A stretch of 64,000 nt of DNA from Sphaerodactylus townsendi (lineage: Eukaryota). The stretch spans positions 22,506,001 to 22,570,000 of the forward strand of contig NC_059439.1 of the NCBI RefSeq assembly GCF_021028975.2. The letters run 5' to 3'. Positions within the stretch are counted from its first letter, which is position 1. Every line of letters starts with the position of its first letter. The notes under the pieces are model-generated. The model worked only from the letters and a program-made list of their open reading frames with translations, did no database searches and was not told the DNA's origin. Below are positions 34,601 through 47,400 of the stretch, piece after piece. A program made the translations under genes and the position numbers.

Positions 34601-37600
34601 CTTTCAAGCACTGGACAGGCTTTTGGATATTAAAGTATTTCATGGTGCTTTGTCCTTTAGCGTTAAGACCAATAAAATAGCTGGGTTCCAAAATTTCATT
34701 CGCACTATAAATTCCAACTGGCCTGAACAAGATGACTTTATCAGGATCTTCTGGGAGCCAGCATTTAACTGTTTATTGTCAGATTCCAAACCGGATGGAG
34801 GCACAGACAAATGCACTGGGCAGGAGAAACTTGAGAACCTCCCAACTCCTTTTTTTGAGATGACCATGACTGCCCAGAGCTACAGCATCTACAATGCTGT
34901 CCTTACTATAGCACAAGCGCTGCATAGCATGTACTCAGTGAAACAAAAATACACTTTAACATTTGTGGGAGGAGACACAAAGAAGTCCTTCAGTTCACAA
35001 CCTTGGCAGGTAATATTTTGCATCTATAGCAATGCAGCAATAATATCTAGCAGGTTAATAAAGACACAAATCTAACCCTGCTTATGCCCATTTTAAAGCA
35101 TTTAATGCAATTCATACCATTGATTTAACTTCTGACTCTTGGTGGCAATTGGAAAAGTCCAAATCCCTTTGTTATTATGGTGCCACACTTTTGACTTTCC
35201 CCTGTGTAATGTGAATGATGACAACTAATTGAACTGACAAGTATTTCACAGGAACATCATCCAAACAGAAGAATTAATCCATATTTCTACAGCACAGGTC
35301 ATAACATTTCAAATTTCTGTGCAAATAGTTGTACAACATTTGCAGTTCAGGGAGGGCTGTATGATTTGATATGTGTGGATCCTGCATGTGTGAGACTTCA
35401 TTATCTTGATTCATCCCTGCTAGGCAAGATCAAATTTTGCTTATACCCACAGGCAAGCATCATCTAAAATGTTCATTTGCCTCTTCCCATCCAGCTTCAT
35501 GCTTTCCTGAGAAGCATCTCATTTAACAACAGTGCTGGGGACCACATTTACTTTAATGAGAAAGGTGAACTAGAAACTGGATTTGACATTATCAACTGGA
35601 TTACTTTCCCAAACCAAAGTTTTCAAAAAGTGAAAGTAGGAGGGATGGCTTCTGAGACTTCACCTGGCACAGAGTTCACCATTAACAAGGAACTCATCAC
35701 ATGGCACAGGGCATTTAANNNNNNNNNNNNNNNNNNNNNNNNNNNNNNNNNNNNNNNNNNNNNNNNNNNNNNNNNNNNNNNNNNNNNNNNNNNNNNNNNN
35801 NNNNNNNNNNNNNNNNNNNNNNNNNNNNNNNNNNNNNNNNNNNNNNNNNNNNNNNNNNNNNNNNNNNNNNNNNNNNNNNNNNNNNNNNNNNNNNNNNNNN
35901 NNNNNNNNNNNNNNNNNNNNNNNNNNNNNNNNNNNNNNNNNNNNNNNNNNNNNNNNNNNNNNNNNNNNNNNNNNNNNNNNNNNNNNNNNNNNNNNNNNNN
36001 NNNNNNNNNNNNNNNNNNNNNNNNNNNNNNNNNNNNNNNNNNNNNNNNNNNNNNNNNNNNNNNNNNNNNNNNNNNNNNNNNNNNGAAAGTACTACTCCCT
36101 TGATAATCTCTTCCATGCTGCTGGGTAAAGTTCTATGGCATAGTGTTACTCTGTTCATGACCTGAGTTAGATCCTGATGGAAGTTGAGTTCAGTGTTGAC
36201 TCAGCCTTCCATCCTTTTGCTCCTTGCTGTTCATTGGCCATACTCATTTTGGTAAAATGAGTATCCAGCTTGCTGAGGCTAAAGTGAAGCTGACTGGTAC
36301 AGACAATGACAAGCCACCCAATAAACATATACCTGACTTCTCTATTTAATTCCACAATAGTGTTTGTGTATTCGATACATCAATGTTTAGAGATGGCAAA
36401 GGGCTGGATGTGAACAAATAGACTGGAACTGAATTCAGACAAGGTGAAAGACTTGTTGACTGAATGTAGACCTGAATCTACAATTAAATTTACATCATGT
36501 TACCCTTCAATCAAAATGAATGAGGGTCTGATCATATTCCTGCATTCTGCCATTTCCAGTCAAAATTATATTGATTGCATGTGACAGAGGAAATCAAAGG
36601 AAAATTAAATAAATATGTTATTGTCTCCTTATGAAGGTTCAGCCACTTTCAGTGTGTAATGACAACTGCCATTCAGGTTACAGTAGAAGAAAGAAGGAAG
36701 AGATGTTCTGTTGCTATGATTGTGCTCCATGCCCAGAAGGAAAGATTTCAGACAAGATAGGTAGGATATACACAAACATACAGAAGGAAAGTGGTGAATA
36801 TTTAAGTAAATAACATGGGCTCTGTTGTGTCTACGCCCATGGGATCTTCTTGGGTGACATCTGAGATTAGAGTGGTTTACTGCAAGAGAAAGGTTCCATG
36901 TCCAATTGTCATTAGGAAACACTCTATGTGGCCCTTGGAAGCTTCTGTTGCTTTTAAATCACAAATGGATCTTAATGATGTATGCAGAGCAGCTACGTGG
37001 TCCACTTCTTTGACTTTTATTTGACTGTAGACATCAATGCCAGGGCTGAGATGCCGTGGACCAAGCTATATTGCAATCTGTGGTTCACTTGCATACCACA
37101 TTTTACTCCAGAGCATACAAGCTTGCCATTATCCCATGTGGGACTACACAGAGGCCACAACAATGAAAAACATCGTTGCTTACTATAACTGTTTGTTCAT
37201 GTAGTGATCAGACACATGTCCCTACCACCTTCCCTTCGGTGTCATATAGTGAAAGTGGTAGCTCCTCCCGGTGGTGAAGGAAGATCTGGAGAGACAGAGT
37301 GCACCACCACTCCTCCCTAGCCACATGACTTGGGCAGGGAAAGTTGTTGTCTCAGGCCTGTGACTCAGGAATCCTCAATCTAAAATGCTGTCAAAACTGT
37401 GCTGTAGCTGGACTGCGCAAGCACAGTCCCACATGTGCCTGCACAGAGGACCACTAGATGAACATACAATTATGGTAAGCAATGCTATTTATTCCACTGA
37501 GGACACTAAATTTCTCCAAGGCATTCCAATACAAATCACTAGTGATTCTCAGCAAATTTGATTTCTCTACCATCATTGCTGGTAGGGTATTTTGATGATT

Positions 37601-38582
37601 GTCATTTTACTTGCACAGGATAAGACATGTGATGGTATATGGCATGATTCACTGAGTTGGTTTTTTTCCCTTCTTCTCAGACATGGATGATTGTGTTGAA
37701 TGCCCAGAAGATGAGTATCCAAACAAGGATCAAAATCAATGTGTTCCTAAGATTCTGAACTTCCTGTCCTATGATGAGTCTTTAGGGATCACTTTAGCTC
37801 TTCTATCTTTCTCTTTTTCTCTGATCACAGCCCTTGTGCTTGGAATTTTCATTAAGCACAGGAACACCCCCATTGTCAAAGCAAACAATCGAGATCTAAC
37901 CTATGGTCTACTCATCTCCCTCATGATTTGCTTCCTTTGCTCCTTGCTGTTCATTGGCCAGCCTCATACAGGGACGTGCCTTCTACGCCAAACATCTTTT
38001 GGCATCATCTTTTCAGTAGCTATTTCTTCTCTGTTGGCAAAAACTGTCACTGTGGTTCTAGTTTTCATGGCCAATAAACCAGGAAGTCAGATAATGAAAT
38101 GGGTGGGAAAACTGCTGGCATATTCAATTGTTCTTTCTTGCTCTGTTATTCAAGTGGTAATTTGTATTCTGTGGCTCTACATAGCGCCTCCATTCCCCAG
38201 AATGGATACAAAGTCCATGAATGAAGAAATTGTACTGGAATGTAATGAAGGGTCTGCTGTAATGTTTTACTGTGTTTTGGGCTACATGGGATTCTTGGCT
38301 AGTGTAACTTTTACTGTGGCTTTCTTTGCTCGCAAGTTGCCCAACACATTTAATGAAATCAAGTTAATCACTTTCAGCATGATGGTGTTTTGCAGTGTTT
38401 GGTCATCCTTTGTTCCAGCTTACCTGAGTGCGAAAGGAAAACATATAGTAGCTGTGGAGATCTTCTCTATCTTAGCTTCCAGTGCTGGATTACTTGTTTG
38501 TATCTTTCCTCCCAAACTCTACATAATTATTCTACGACCTGAGTTGAATAGCAAGGATCAGCTGCTATTGAGAAATAAGTAG
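31433..38582 (+). CDS. Vomeronasal type-2 receptor (V2R, class C GPCR) gene 1, six exons, about 879 aa
   Basis: Exons 31433-31653, 33455-33746, 34137-35009, 35495-~35722 (donor inside N gap, inferred from the 228-bp paralog exon), 36637-36760, 37681-38582. Visible GT-AG sites keep frame. Signal peptide, Venus-flytrap domain ([17 protein letters not shown]), Cys-rich [12 protein letters not shown], 7TM ([18 protein letters not shown]). Confidence 0.93.
31671..31810 (+). mobile_element. 140-bp Penelope-like element terminal cassette in V2R1 intron 1
   Basis: Flanked by the 11-bp direct repeat ACACATCATAA (31660-31670, 31811-31821); homologous to the PLE tail at 40300-40403. Confidence 0.8.
31718..31758 (+). 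ncRNA. Minimal type I hammerhead ribozyme motif (Penelope-type), intact core
   Basis: CCT CTGAAGA T GCCAGC CACAGAT GCAGGC GAAA CG TT AGG: helix I CCT/AGG, core CUGAnGA...GAAA...UH, palindromic AACGTT in place of helix III. Confidence 0.75.
33455..33746 (+). CDS. V2R gene 1 exon 2
   Basis: [20 protein letters not shown]...YKIPQ; 292 bp with AG/GT boundaries. Confidence 0.93.
34137..35009 (+). CDS. V2R gene 1 exon 3
   Basis: VTYSF...[11 protein letters not shown]...QPWQ; 873 bp with AG/GT boundaries. Confidence 0.93.
35495..35722 (+). CDS. V2R gene 1 exon 4 (last 4 nt inferred inside gap)
   Basis: [16 protein letters not shown]...TWHRAFN; runs into the N gap at 35719. Confidence 0.88.
35719..36084. 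other. Assembly gap covering the V2R1 exon 4 donor
   Basis: Run of N. Confidence 0.99.
36637..36760 (+). CDS. V2R gene 1 exon 5 (cysteine-rich domain)
   Basis: [15 protein letters not shown]...[18 protein letters not shown]; 124 bp with AG/GT boundaries. Confidence 0.92.
37681..38582 (+). CDS. V2R gene 1 exon 6 (7TM domain)
   Basis: [11 protein letters not shown]...[15 protein letters not shown]...stop; acceptor TTCTTCTCAG ends at 37680. Confidence 0.95.
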
Positions 38583-39854
38583 AACCTACAGCATTTGGCA
38601 TTCACACAATTATTGTCTGGAATGATTAAAGGGAACTGAAAGTTAATGTAAGAAAGGAATAAAACATACCAAAGTGCATATTGCAACACCATAACAAGAA
38701 CACAGACACAGTCCAAATCAAGAACAGAAGTAGCAACATACCCAGGGATGTGAGATTTAACTTGAAGATATGCAGAATTTTTAAAAAAGCATGATAAGAG
38801 TCAACCAAAAACAAAGAACAGGAAGCAATGTCATCTCCTTAACCTAACTTTTAAAGAACAGTAGTAAACTAGGCCTGTGTAGGCTTAGCCTAAGTCCTCA
38901 GCCTCTCCACATACCCCCACCCGCCCAAACACACCAAGAAGCAAAACTAGCATTTTAAGAATCCCATCCACTGCAGGAAACAATAAAAAATTTAAAACTG
39001 CAGGTTTTTTGGGAAAAAAATTAAACTAGGTTAGCGAAAGCCTAGAACTTTGGGTCTACTTCCTCAGCTCCATCCCCAACACCAAACACTAGCAGAAATA
39101 AGAAAAACAATAGCAACAAAATAAGAAAAAGTTAATTTTTTTAAAAAAGTAAAACTTGGTTAATCAAACCCTTCAGTGTCTTCTCCAGGCAGGTCTCCTC
39201 TGCAGGGCTGGTATACTGGTATCTTACAAAGGTAGGTTGTCCAGAAGCCAGATAGAGGGAGGACACATTCAAGGGAAATCCTAAACTACCTCAGTCTGGA
39301 ACAGAATGGACTGGCTAGGAACGAGGACTGAAATTTATACTTTTGGGTCAACTAGGCAGGCACCCAAAATCCAGGAATTTGAACATCCCAAGGAATATTG
39401 ATTCTAATTGGCCAAGGAATAGTGTTGGCAGTTATGCTCGCACTTCATTGGTCACTGTCAGTTTTTTCCATGCTTCTGTCCCTAAAGGTACAAACTCTGC
39501 AAAGACCTATCTAGTTGGGCCCCTGCTGAAATGCATGGCAATCATTGACTGGGAATCTCAGAGCTCTGTATTTGTTACCCTGGAAACACCAGGGTGCAGC
39601 ACGAGGGAAGGGGAGAAAGTGTGAAGCCAGCTTCAGCAACATTGCTGGGTTTTAAGCAGCCGACTCCCCTCCCAGACCTCATCAGAAAGCCCAACAGACA
39701 CCAAGCAATTGGTAAGTAAGGTGAAGGAGGGATTCTCGGGAGGGAGGGGAGATTCTCTGGTTTGAAAAAAAAATAAGCCACTTTAAAGGGATTCTAAGCA
39801 GTTAGCCATCATGGAAGCCTGAAGGCTCCTTTATATTTCAAACAGCCCAAATCT

Positions 39855-40404
39855 GATAAGATGAATGATAACCTGGGCACAGAATATTATTTTAAAACAC
39901 AAATTCTGGATCACTCTGACAACCACTATGTCAGACTACACAGAAAAGCCATTGAAATCTGCAAGCACATGGACAATTTCAACAGAAGGGAAGAAACCAT
40001 AAAAATGAACAAAATTTGGCCACCAATACTGGAAAACACTAGAATCAAGACAGTGACTAATGACACCACCCAGACCAGGGGTCTTCAAACTATGGCCCTC
40101 CAGATGTTCATGGACTACAATTCCCATCAGCCCTGCCACTTGACCATGCTGGCAGGGGCTGATGGGAATTGTAGTCCATGAACATCTGGAGGGCCATAGT
40201 TTGAAGACCCCTGACCCAGACAAAGGATGTCTCCAGGTGGCAAATGGTTCTTTCTCCCAGCCTGGACATTCCACAGGTATATATACTCCACTTTTTACTA
40301 CAGTCAGATCCTCTGAAGATGCCAGCCACAGATGCAGGTGAAATGTCAGGAGAAAATGCTACTAGAACCCATCCATACAGCCCGGAAACCACACAACACC
40401 CCAG
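39855..40404 (+). mobile_element. Penelope-like element 3' end (C-terminus after GIY-YIG plus terminal repeat), interrupted by hAT MITE 40076-40213
   Basis: ILDHSDNHYVRLHRKAIEICKHMDNFNRREE; MITE with 8-bp TSD ACCCAGAC; hammerhead motif at 40310-40350. Confidence 0.8.
40310..40350 (+). ncRNA. Minimal hammerhead motif (Penelope-type), CpG-decayed but core retained
   Basis: CCT CTGAAGA TGCCAGCCACAGATGCAGGT GAAA TG TC AGG. Confidence 0.68.
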
Positions 40405-41253
40405 CTGAATGACATTTAACTTATTGGATTTTCTAAGTATTCGGCTCGGGTTTTTTGACGTGGTTTTTATTCACAGATGAATAAACCCCCTAAAAATCTG
40501 AATCAGGCTTTTTCAGGTTTTTTACTGATTCAGCTGTACCATATCACCTAGCCTAGTTGATACCAAGAAGTTTCATCTTCTAACTAAAGGCTCTTGTAGA
40601 AAGAGCCTTCTGTAAACAGAGGAAGGCTTGTCACCATGGAAGGGAGAGATAGGATCAAACTCATTCTGTCAAACATGCTCCAAATTCCAGTCAATACATT
40701 CAAACATGTTCCTCTGAAGGTGTTACAAGTACTGTTTAACCCAGTCACTATAAAAGTCTGTCAGTTAAACTTTTACAATAGTGTTAAGTAATATGAATTT
40801 TTCTTAGCGATCTACTTTTCTAATATGCATAAGAAGAATATTTTTTCCTCACAGCGTTGGGCAGACAGACATTTTTTTCCTCTCCTCACATCATTTTTTT
40901 CCACAAGATGCCACATGTTGCTCTGTGGCTTGGAGAAAATATTGTGAACACTGCAATTATCTAAATTCCCTATGATTAATCACCTTGCCAAAGCCACATG
41001 ACTTTTCAGAGGCCAGTGCCACAATCAATGAACTCATTTCCAAAGATTACTTAAAGACCTAAAAACTGTAAAGTTCTGCCCCAAAAGTCCCTGGACAGAT
41101 ACAGCTGTGATGATCTGGCTTTAAAACAATGTATCAGAAGAGTCAAGAATTCTTCAAGTCTTGGTGTTGTAACTGGGTTGGTGGTGATAGACTATCAGAT
41201 GCTAAATTAAAAAAGGAATAACTTTCCTTTGAATACTAGGACTTGCTTTCAAG

Positions 41254-41474
41254 ATGATGCTATTTCTGATGTTGATTATCTTACTTTTACTGCTTCAAAT
41301 CAAATGTGAGGTGTCTACACATATGTGCAGTGTGAGTGATCCCCCCCAGACCCCACATGAATATTATCAGACAGGCAATGTCACCATTGGTGGGATGACA
41401 TCTCAGCTTTTTGCCTTTGTTGAATCTTTATTGTTTGAAAGCCACCCCAAGTCAAGCCGGATTAATGAAAATGT
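41254..41474 (+). CDS. V2R gene 2 exon 1 (signal peptide)
   Basis: [15 protein letters not shown]...[13 protein letters not shown]; donor GTAAGG at 41475; 221 bp. Confidence 0.88.
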
Positions 41475-44400
41475 GTAAGGAGACATTTTATTTATTCCCT
41501 AATGTTCAGTGGGAAAGGCTATAGCCAATAAATGTTGACCATATGAATACTGAATTGTAGACGTCTGTTTAGTGCATATATCTGGGCATTGGGCATTGCT
41601 ACAGAAGCAGACCAGCAATATTGCTAAGAGTGCTTTTATCATTTGGTCTGCAGAATGATTCCTCTTTTGAAATTGAGTGACCTATCTGCAATGATCCATG
41701 TTTCTGGTCCAGACAGGATACTAAGTGCTATCTTTCTTGTCATACATTTATTTCATTTTAAATCCCTTCAACTGTAGGTTGGTAGGATGACAAATAAAAT
41801 GAAAATTAATGCAATAAAATAACAAATACTAAGATCATTTAAAGCATATGCAAAACATCTGGAGAGAGATATATATATCATCTAGTGAAAGTTCCAGTTC
41901 AAACTGGATGACAGAGATAAGTCTTGATATATATATATCAGAAGTAATTCTGTCCCACAGTTCCTCTGGGTTATTCATATATATATATATATATTAATAA
42001 CCCAGAGGAACTGTGGGACAGAATTACTTCTGATATAGTTTTCAATAGGGTCCCTGAATAATACTTAAATAAGTTATCATCTAGTGAAAGTTCCAGTTCA
42101 TACTGGATGACAGAGATAAGTCTTGCCTCATTAGGTGCATTATTCAATTTGGGGGTTCTGATAAATATTATTTTATCCACGTATTCATAGCATATTTTCA
42201 TGGGATTGTAAAGAGCATAGTTTATTTTCTAATACAATTACTGTGTAACATTGTCCATCCCTGAAACATCTCTGAAACTTCAATTAGTTTAAAATTCAGA
42301 GGCTTATTAACTATATGACATTATTTCCCCACTATTCATATTACATGTGTTTTGAAGGCTTACAGTGTGGGACTTGTGATACATGATGGATTGCCTTTCT
42401 CAGTATATGCTCATGCAATGCTTCTCCTAGTATATTCTGTGGCTGTAGGGAAGAGACAGTGACTACTGCAGCCTGTTCCAGACCATTTTCTATGATTGGT
42501 CCAAACTTTGAAGCGCATAGCCATTTTAAATTAGAACAGCTCCTTTGCTGAAGTGAGTCTTTGACTGGACATTATTAATTTTGACATTTTTGCCTTTGGT
42601 TGGATTATTTTCTCTTATGTATTAATTTACTTATTTTTGTGATTTTTATTTTGTTTGTATGCTTTGTGGACAGTTTATATTTTATTTTGGGAGAAACAGA
42701 ATAAATATTTTAACTATTAGATAAATGGATATCAAAATGTTTTCTATTTTTGAAGAAGAAGAAAAGTTTGGATTTATGCCCCACCTTCCTCTCCTGTACG
42801 GAGACTCAAGGTGGCCTACAAGCTCCTTTCCCTTCCTCTCCCCACAACAGACACCTTGTGAGGTAGGTGGGGCTGAGAGCTTCCAAAGAACTATGACTTG
42901 CCCAAGGTCACCCAGTAGGAATGTAAGAGTGTGGAAACACATCTGGTTTGTGGTGAAGACACCTTTTGTTATATTCTTTTAAATGCTGTAGCTGCAAAGG
43001 AACAAAATATGTCAGAGGAAGAGATCATTCATTCAGGGGCAACATTAAACCTGTAGCTTTTTTTCAAAACCACAGAAAATGTAGATTGGCATAGCATAGT
43101 TGTTTGCCCCCCCCCTTTTTTTGGTTCTACAACATAGTAGAGCAAGAAACTTTAAAAAAATACTGCAGACTTAGTACTTGCTATGTGATTCTGTAAGAGC
43201 TGTGCACCATCATTGACAAAGATGATCAAGTGCGATGGAATGTTTATGAATAGTCTATGGTTCAAAGTGGACAGCTCAATACAGAGCCCCTAACACTGCT
43301 GCAACAATTCCCCAGTGGTGTGGGGAAGCCAACAACAAACAAACAACAAACAAACAGACAAAACAAAAAGCCTTCCCGCTGCTGAAAAACCTTGGGCATA
43401 TGCCACCCAGGAGGTTGGTGTAACATAATATTTATCTTCTTGTGTCCATTTCCCCAGTGGAAATTATTTCTTTAATCTTGAGATAAGATGTAATTTTGGG
43501 AAAATTTAAGGCCTAACACAAGTTTGAAGTCCTAAATTACAGTACTCACTAATTTCAACCATTCAACATTCTCACCCATCCATTTTCACTACACCATTCC
43601 AGTGGAGACACAAACTTAATAAGAGGTAGAAATGGACCCCCAAAACGCAGTGTAGTTACAGACCCGCCTGAGTGAAAGGCGGGTTATATGAACCCATCTT
43701 CGCCTTGAGTCATTTCCATGGCTGGCTGCCCCATATACAGCCTTCACATGGAAGCACGCCTTTACGTGGAAGCACAGGGTTTAAAAACAGCTGTCTGCAG
43801 GAAACCTAATTATCATTTAAGAGTCAGGAGAAATTTTGTTCATCTCTGCAATTACTCACTAACATCTCTGCAGTTAAAGAACCCAGAGACTTCAGGTAAT
43901 TTTTAGTTAAATTTTATTTTCAAATGTACACCATTTTATGCCTCAGGTCAACTTTTTAAATTTTTAGCGCAACACCAAAGAACTACCAGCATCTTCTCGC
44001 CTTGGTGTTTGCTGTGAAGGAGGTCAATGATAACCCCAAGCTTTTGCCAAACATCAGCCTCGGGTTCCACATCCATGACAGCTATGTCGATGGAAAGTTG
44101 ACTTACCTAAACACTTTGAACTTCCTCAGTCCCTTGGAAAGGCTGATCCCCAACTACAGTTGTGGCATCCATAAGAATCTGTTTGCTGTCATTGGAGGAC
44201 TTGATTCTGAAACATCTTTTTTTATAGACAACATATTAAGCAACTACAAGATTCCACAGGTAGGATCCCTTTTTTTGTGGAGGTGGCTGTTTAAATATTT
44301 CATATTTCACTTGCTTTTCTGAACAACTTCTTTCCCATTAAAGCAGCTTGATATTTGTAACATGGAGGAGATGCTGGTGATGGGAAGGGAATGCTGAAGT

Positions 44401-47400
44401 TCTGGTGACAGTTCTGGTGTCTGCCTTAAAGGTTTTATCACTTTACGGCCAAATTTGAAGGCCGTTTCCGCACACGCAAAATAATGCGTTTTCAAACCAC
44501 TTTCACAACTGTTTGCAAGTGGATTTTGCTATTCCGCACAGCTTCAAAGAGCACTGAAAGCAGTTTGAAAGTGCATTATTCTGCATGTGCGGAATGAGCC
44601 GAAGTAAAGGCATCTGCAGTTCTGACTCAGGGATGTCATTAGGATTTTAAAGCCTGACAAGGGACATTTGAAAATGCCTCAAAGGACTGTTCCTGTTTGG
44701 TCTTCAGCATGGCGGAATTAAATGTTTTTGTTTCCCATCCCCACATCTTTTCAAATGTCAACACAGCTGGGGCTCATGGCTATTGCAACACTTGAAAAAG
44801 CAGGGCAGGGGGAGAAGAGCCCCTGACCCTTCGAAATCATCAAACCAGACAAGATTGAGCTTTCATGGCATTTTAAAATCACCTATGTTAGGCTTCAAAT
44901 TGGTGGTAGCAGACCGTTCTGCACAGCAAAATAAAAGTGAGTGAAAGGCGGGTTATATGAACCCATCTTCGCCTTGAGTCATTTCCATGGCTGGCTGCCC
45001 CATATACAGCCTTCACATGGAAGCACGCCTTTACGTGGAAGCACAGGGTTTTTTGGGGGTCCCTGCCTCCCTCTGAAGCGCAGCTTTGAAGGCAGATATG
45101 ACTGACCTCCAGGGCCATGAAATGGCCCTTTGTCCCTGTGTGGCTCAGCTGATGGGAGCCAGGGACTGCAAATCTCTTGTTGGTTTGCAGCCACCTACTG
45201 CGCCTCAAAGTCATGGCTGTTCACTTGGCTATGGCTAGGAGGTGCGTTAAAACAAAAGAATAGCACATAATGTGATTTTTAAGAAACCTGGGTTGTGGGG
45301 CGAACACATAGTGGATACACTTCAGGATCTGGATCCAGGAGAAGTCCCCCCCTCAACCTGGGGTTTTTCGGGTGTTATCCCATTTTAATTGGCCCATGCA
45401 GAAAGGGCCTAAGTCAGTGGTGGTGAACCTATGGCACGGGTGCCAGAGGTGGCACTCAGAGCCCTCTCGATGGGCATGCACAAACAGAGTGCCCCCCCAC
45501 ATCTAGGCTAACCTGGGCCGCTGGGCTCGATTATTAGCATTAAACCTAAGACCAAGTTTTGGGGAAGCAGTGCAGATAACCCTGTTAAGCGCTGTTAAAC
45601 CCCATTGATTTTCATGTGAAGAACTAAAGCACGATCCTTTACCTGGGAGTAAGCTCAGATGCTGGCAATGGGGCTTGCTTCTGAGTAAACCCTCCTAGAG
45701 TCGTGATTCACCTGTTGGGAAAGTTGCAAGGTTGCTTCAAAGGAAAGCCAACGACTACCACCAAGCTTACTCCTGAGTAATGCATGCCTTGGAGCCACCC
45801 ATTTTTTTCTAAACTAAAACCTCAGTATTCAGGTTCAATTGCCATGTTGGCACTTTGTGATAAATAAGTGGGTTTTGAATTGCAATTTGGGCACTTGGTC
45901 TTGAAAATGTTCGCCATCACTGGCCTAAGTGGGACCTGGGAATATTGTCACATCATGGTGGAATCTTAGTTAAGAGCTTGGGAGTTTTGTTCAACTTAAT
46001 TGTTTTTTTTTAAAAAAAAGCAGGTAAATCAGGTAGCAAAAGATGCCTTTATTCATATTGAATAGAAAACTAAGTTAGCCGTGTTACTTAAGCTAAAGTA
46101 AGCTCAAGACTAGACTAATGTGGGACTGCCCTTGATGAAACAAAAAATCCTATTTACAGGGTTGGAACATTGTACACATATTGCCGCAAGCTTAAGAGCA
46201 TTGCAGTGGCTGACTATTTGCTTCCAGATTGATTTGAGCATACTGGTATAAAGCTTGAAATATTACCTTGGACTCTCTAATCTATGTGACATAAGAACAT
46301 AAGAACAAGCCAGCTGGATCAGACCAAAGTCCATCTAGTCCAGCTCTCTGCTACTCGCAGTGGCCCACCAGGTGCCTTTGGGAGCTCACATGCAGGATGT
46401 GAACGCAATGGCCTTCTGCGGCTGTTGCTCCCGATCACCTGGTCTGTTAAGGCATTTGCAATCTCAGATCAAAGAGGATACATGTATGTGGTTGCTTGAC
46501 AGGTCTGATAGCCAGCTAGGAATTAGAAGCTGCTCCTTCACTTGGGCTCGTTCCGCACATGCAGAATAATGCACTTTCAAACTGCTTTCAGTGCTCCTTG
46601 AAACTGTGCGGAATGGCAAAATCCACTTGCAAACAGTTGTGAAAGTGGTTTGAAAACACATTATTTTGCGTGTGCGGAAGGGGCCTTAGAATGTTAAAAT
46701 TGTTTTGGTTCAGGCTTTTTTTACTGGTATAGCTGCCTATCCTACTAGTGGGGACTGGAATTATTCCAGAATTACAAGCAGATGTGTGAATGAAGAATAA
46801 GAGTTTGGAGTTATATCACACCTTCCCTGTATAGAGACTCAAGGTGACTTACAAACGCTTTTCCCTTCCTCTCCCCACAACAGACACCTTGTGATGGAGG
46901 TGGGCATAGAGAGTTCTGAACAAACTGTGACTAGCCCAAGGTCCCCCAGCAGGAATGTAGGACTGGGAAGACAAATCTGCTCTACCAGATAAGAGTCCAC
47001 CGCTCATGTGAAGGTGTGGGGAATCAAACCTGGTTCTTCAAATTAGAGTCCATTTGCTCTTAACCACTACACTGTTAATTTATGACAAAGATAATTCCCC
47101 TGTAGAAAATGGCAGCTTTGGAGGCAGAGGCGTCGCAAGGGGGAAAAACACCAGGTGCACTGGAGCATTCTCTGCCCCTGTCCCGCCCCAGAACACCCCC
47201 ATTCCACCACGGAACACCCCTGAAATGCCCTTGCCACACCCACACAAGGGCTCGCGCCTGGTGCGTCATGCCCCTCCCTGTCCCCTTGGAGCTACGCCTC
47301 TGCTTTGAGGATAGTTTCAGAGGGTAGCCATTTGGAGGATAGTTTTAGAGGATAGTTTCAGAGGGTTGGTCTAAAGTAGAACAGCTAAATTTCAGTACAG

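Noticed and set aside
35477-36158. Long ORFs spanning N runs (also near 24300 and 49000)
   Set aside because: Artefacts of translating through assembly gaps.
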